36,630 nt of DNA. Source: Coniocarpon cinnabarinum (taxonomy: Eukaryota). Made by a program: the position numbers and the translations under genes. This document shows, in pieces, positions 34,257 through 36,630 of the stretch; positions within the stretch are counted from its first letter, which is position 1, and each line of letters begins with the position of its first letter. The stretch spans positions 186,001-222,630 of the forward strand of contig JAVECO010000011.1 in NCBI GenBank assembly GCA_051942205.1. The letters run 5' to 3'. The notes beneath the pieces are model-generated. The model did no database searches. It was not told the origin of the DNA and saw nothing but the letters and a program-made list of their open reading frames with translations.

Positions 34257-36370
34257 ATGTTTTCTTTTGGTCACAGCGGTAGGTCTTGCCCCACGTGCTC
34301 ACATGTCATTTCTCGTCTCGAGCGCACCACAACGGTCATGGCACCCAAGGCGATGGGAAATCTCTTGCGACAACTGGCTCACCGGCAAATGGTGATACAA
34401 GTTCTCCCTTCTACCTGGCTTCTACCCTCGCGCATCGGCGTCGTCAAGGGTGCGGGACAGGCACGCGGTGGCGCAGCGTCACGGTGTCAAGACGTCACCA
34501 GGGCATCTCTCACGTCCAGATGAATCTCCCTTGTTGCCAACATTTAGCTGACGGATTCACATTTAGGCGGTACATCCACCTCGATAGACGCAGAAGAGCC
34601 TCGAGCGCCGCCTCCCCCACCGACGCTCGTCTACTTTCCCCAAAATGATATCCACATCCACCAGAGCGACGACTGGAAGGAGAAGCCCGGAGACCTCTTC
34701 AAGCGCTATGCGCGGATGACGAAGCCTTCCGAGGTGCGGCCCGGCGACATCGAAGCGCTCAACGTCTCGGTGACTGGTGATGTCGATCTGGAAGATCTCA
34801 TTCCGGATGAGTCACAGTCGACGGCGCATCTCCCACCTCTCAGCTGGACCAAGGGCCTAGATCCTCTTGCTCGGAGGGCCTCGCTGCCCGTGGTGCATAA
34901 GAATCCGCACGAACATCCACTCATCCTCTGCAACGGTGCCAAAGCTCCCAATCAAGAGGACTTCGCCCGGTTTGCGCGCGAGCTCAGCTGTAGCACTGAA
35001 GATGGCCTTCGTCTGATCGGGCGGCGGAAGCCAAGAAAAGGGCGGACAGCGCCGCACATCAACCATTATCGTGACTTTTGGACCAAGTTGGAGCAAGTTT
35101 CTCAGTATTGGGACACCAGGTGCGTCCATCTCACCCTGTTTGGCTTCCACGTATGCAAACCGATCGACTAAGGAGCGTGTGATGTGTAGTCTCGATGACT
35201 ACTACGAAAGCGACAGGTCGGCACCACCATCACCAACCTCGCCCAGAAGCACTCTTAGAAGAATGAGCCTGTTCATGACGGACAAACACGCGCATCAAGA
35301 ACCACCGCCCCCACCATCATCACAACCTGCCAAGATGTACAAGGGTCTTCGCAAGAGCAGTGGTGCGAAGATGCCAGATTCGTATCGGTCGGAACTGGTA
35401 CGAGCCTTCGTGAAGAATGTCGTCTATATCTTCCACTGTCAGATGAACAATCCGCGTAAGACTCCACAGCTCGAGGTCGGCAAGCTGCTGCTTCCAGTGA
35501 CGCAAACGGCGGTCGTCTGGGCAAATCCGGAAGACAAGAACCTTGTCAAACGTGGAGTGCTAGATGGGCCTGTGCTCGCTGTGCAGGCACGCCACGAGAC
35601 GCAATTCGTCAAAGACCAGAACACTGCAGCGTTGGACTTGGCACGTGAGTGTGCATGCCTGCTGCTACTGGCCGAGGAACGCGCTCGAGAAGGGAAGCCT
35701 CGCCGAGTTCCAGGCGCAGGAGAGTGGTATGCGACCAAACCTCGGTGGGGCGGTGGTCCTGGTGGGGAGTTTGGCGAGGCCGAAGGCAACACTGATGAGC
35801 ATCCCGCGGTGAAACGACTGACGACGAGACCGGGAGAACTACCGAGACGAATGACGGAGGAAGAGATCTGGAAGGAGCTGAAGCCCAACCAAGGACTGTG
35901 GGAGCCCCGGATGAACTACCTGGCGATAGGCAAGGATCGAAGTCGCCGAGAGGACTCGGTATGTAGAGGTTCATCTACGTGGTTCCGAGAGCTCGCTGCT
36001 AATGACTCAGGTCTTTATGATCTCAGCGTTGTTCCATCACATGGCCATCGTCCGCTTAGACGTCGATCCCCTCTACCTTGACTGGCTGATATCGGGCCGT
36101 AAGCCATCTGCGTCGAATCCGTACAAGGAGTGGTACAAGCCGAAGCTGTATCGAAGCCAGTGGTTCGACCTGCTTACGCCGGAGGGCAGACTCGAGGCTT
36201 TTCGAGGCGTGTGGGGGATGATGTCGTGGCTGATGCGGTTCGATGCGCCGGGGCGACCGGCGTCACAGCGGCAGCACTCGGAAGCACACCACGTCGCAGC
36301 GATGCGCACGCTCAATCGCCCGCCGCCCGCCGCCCTGACACCTCAACGGTCGCATTCAGTGGCCTTTTAG
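34257..36370 (+). CDS. Conserved uncharacterised Pezizomycotina protein
   Basis: Well supported exons 34567-35119, 35190-35958 and 36011-36370 (splicing gives YWDTSLDDYY and REDSVFMISALFHH). Motifs YKGLRKSSGAKMP, KPRWGGGPGG and RSQWFDL...GVWGMMSWLMR. The 5' exons 34257-34278 and 34323-34391 are tentative. About 590 aa. Confidence 0.8.
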
Positions 36371-36630
36371 AGCGGTGCTGCTCAACGAGAGCGTCGCTAA
36401 TGCTGTTGAACATGACTACAGGCTCTAGCCGGTAGACGTGAAGAGATGGCGTGCATCATGAGCCGGACCGACTGAGCGCAAGTGTACAGAGAGACGACAT
36501 GATGAGTTAACGGACCAGGATGAAGAAAGAGTTGGGATGATCGGTACGGTCGTGATAATACCCCTGGAAAGCATGGAGCATTGGACGACGGCGCTGGTGG
36601 GCGGTTTGGCGGGGGCTCGCAGGGGGGATT

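Noticed and set aside
1..36630. Prokaryotic-type systems (CRISPR, operons, phage defence)
   Set aside because: The spliceosomal introns and gene content are fungal, and I saw no repeat-spacer arrays.

Overview
Eukaryotic, intron-containing DNA from a filamentous ascomycete (Pezizomycotina-type GT-AG introns, mostly 45-110 nt, with CTRAY-like branch sites). I reconstructed about 18 protein-coding genes by hand: a 5' fragment of an ApsA/Num1-paralogue-like coiled-coil protein, a mitochondrial carrier, an SDR, LCP5, an orphan ending in an ACP-like domain, a membrane-anchored CE16-like SGNH hydrolase, an orphan, a CAP64/CAS3-like SGNH protein, a GT8 glycosyltransferase, an FR47-type GNAT, an MFS monocarboxylate-type transporter, a 9-exon cytosolic NodB/CE4-like deacetylase, two F-box proteins flanking IST1, a small hydrophilic protein, an EglC-like GH17 glucanase with a But2-like C-terminal domain, and a conserved hypothetical protein. 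I saw no tRNA, rRNA, transposon or CRISPR array. The best candidates for new biology are (1) a compact group of three type II membrane glycan enzymes (CE16-like SGNH, CAP64-like SGNH, GT8) at 8.8-15.8 kb that could be a glycan synthesis/O-acetylation module, (2) a stand-alone protein carrying a PKS-type ACP-like domain with Lys in place of the phosphopantetheine Ser, and (3) a hidden cysteine-rich repeat coding remnant at 24.5-25.0 kb that the ORF track misses. All family calls come from recognising motifs by eye, not from database searches.
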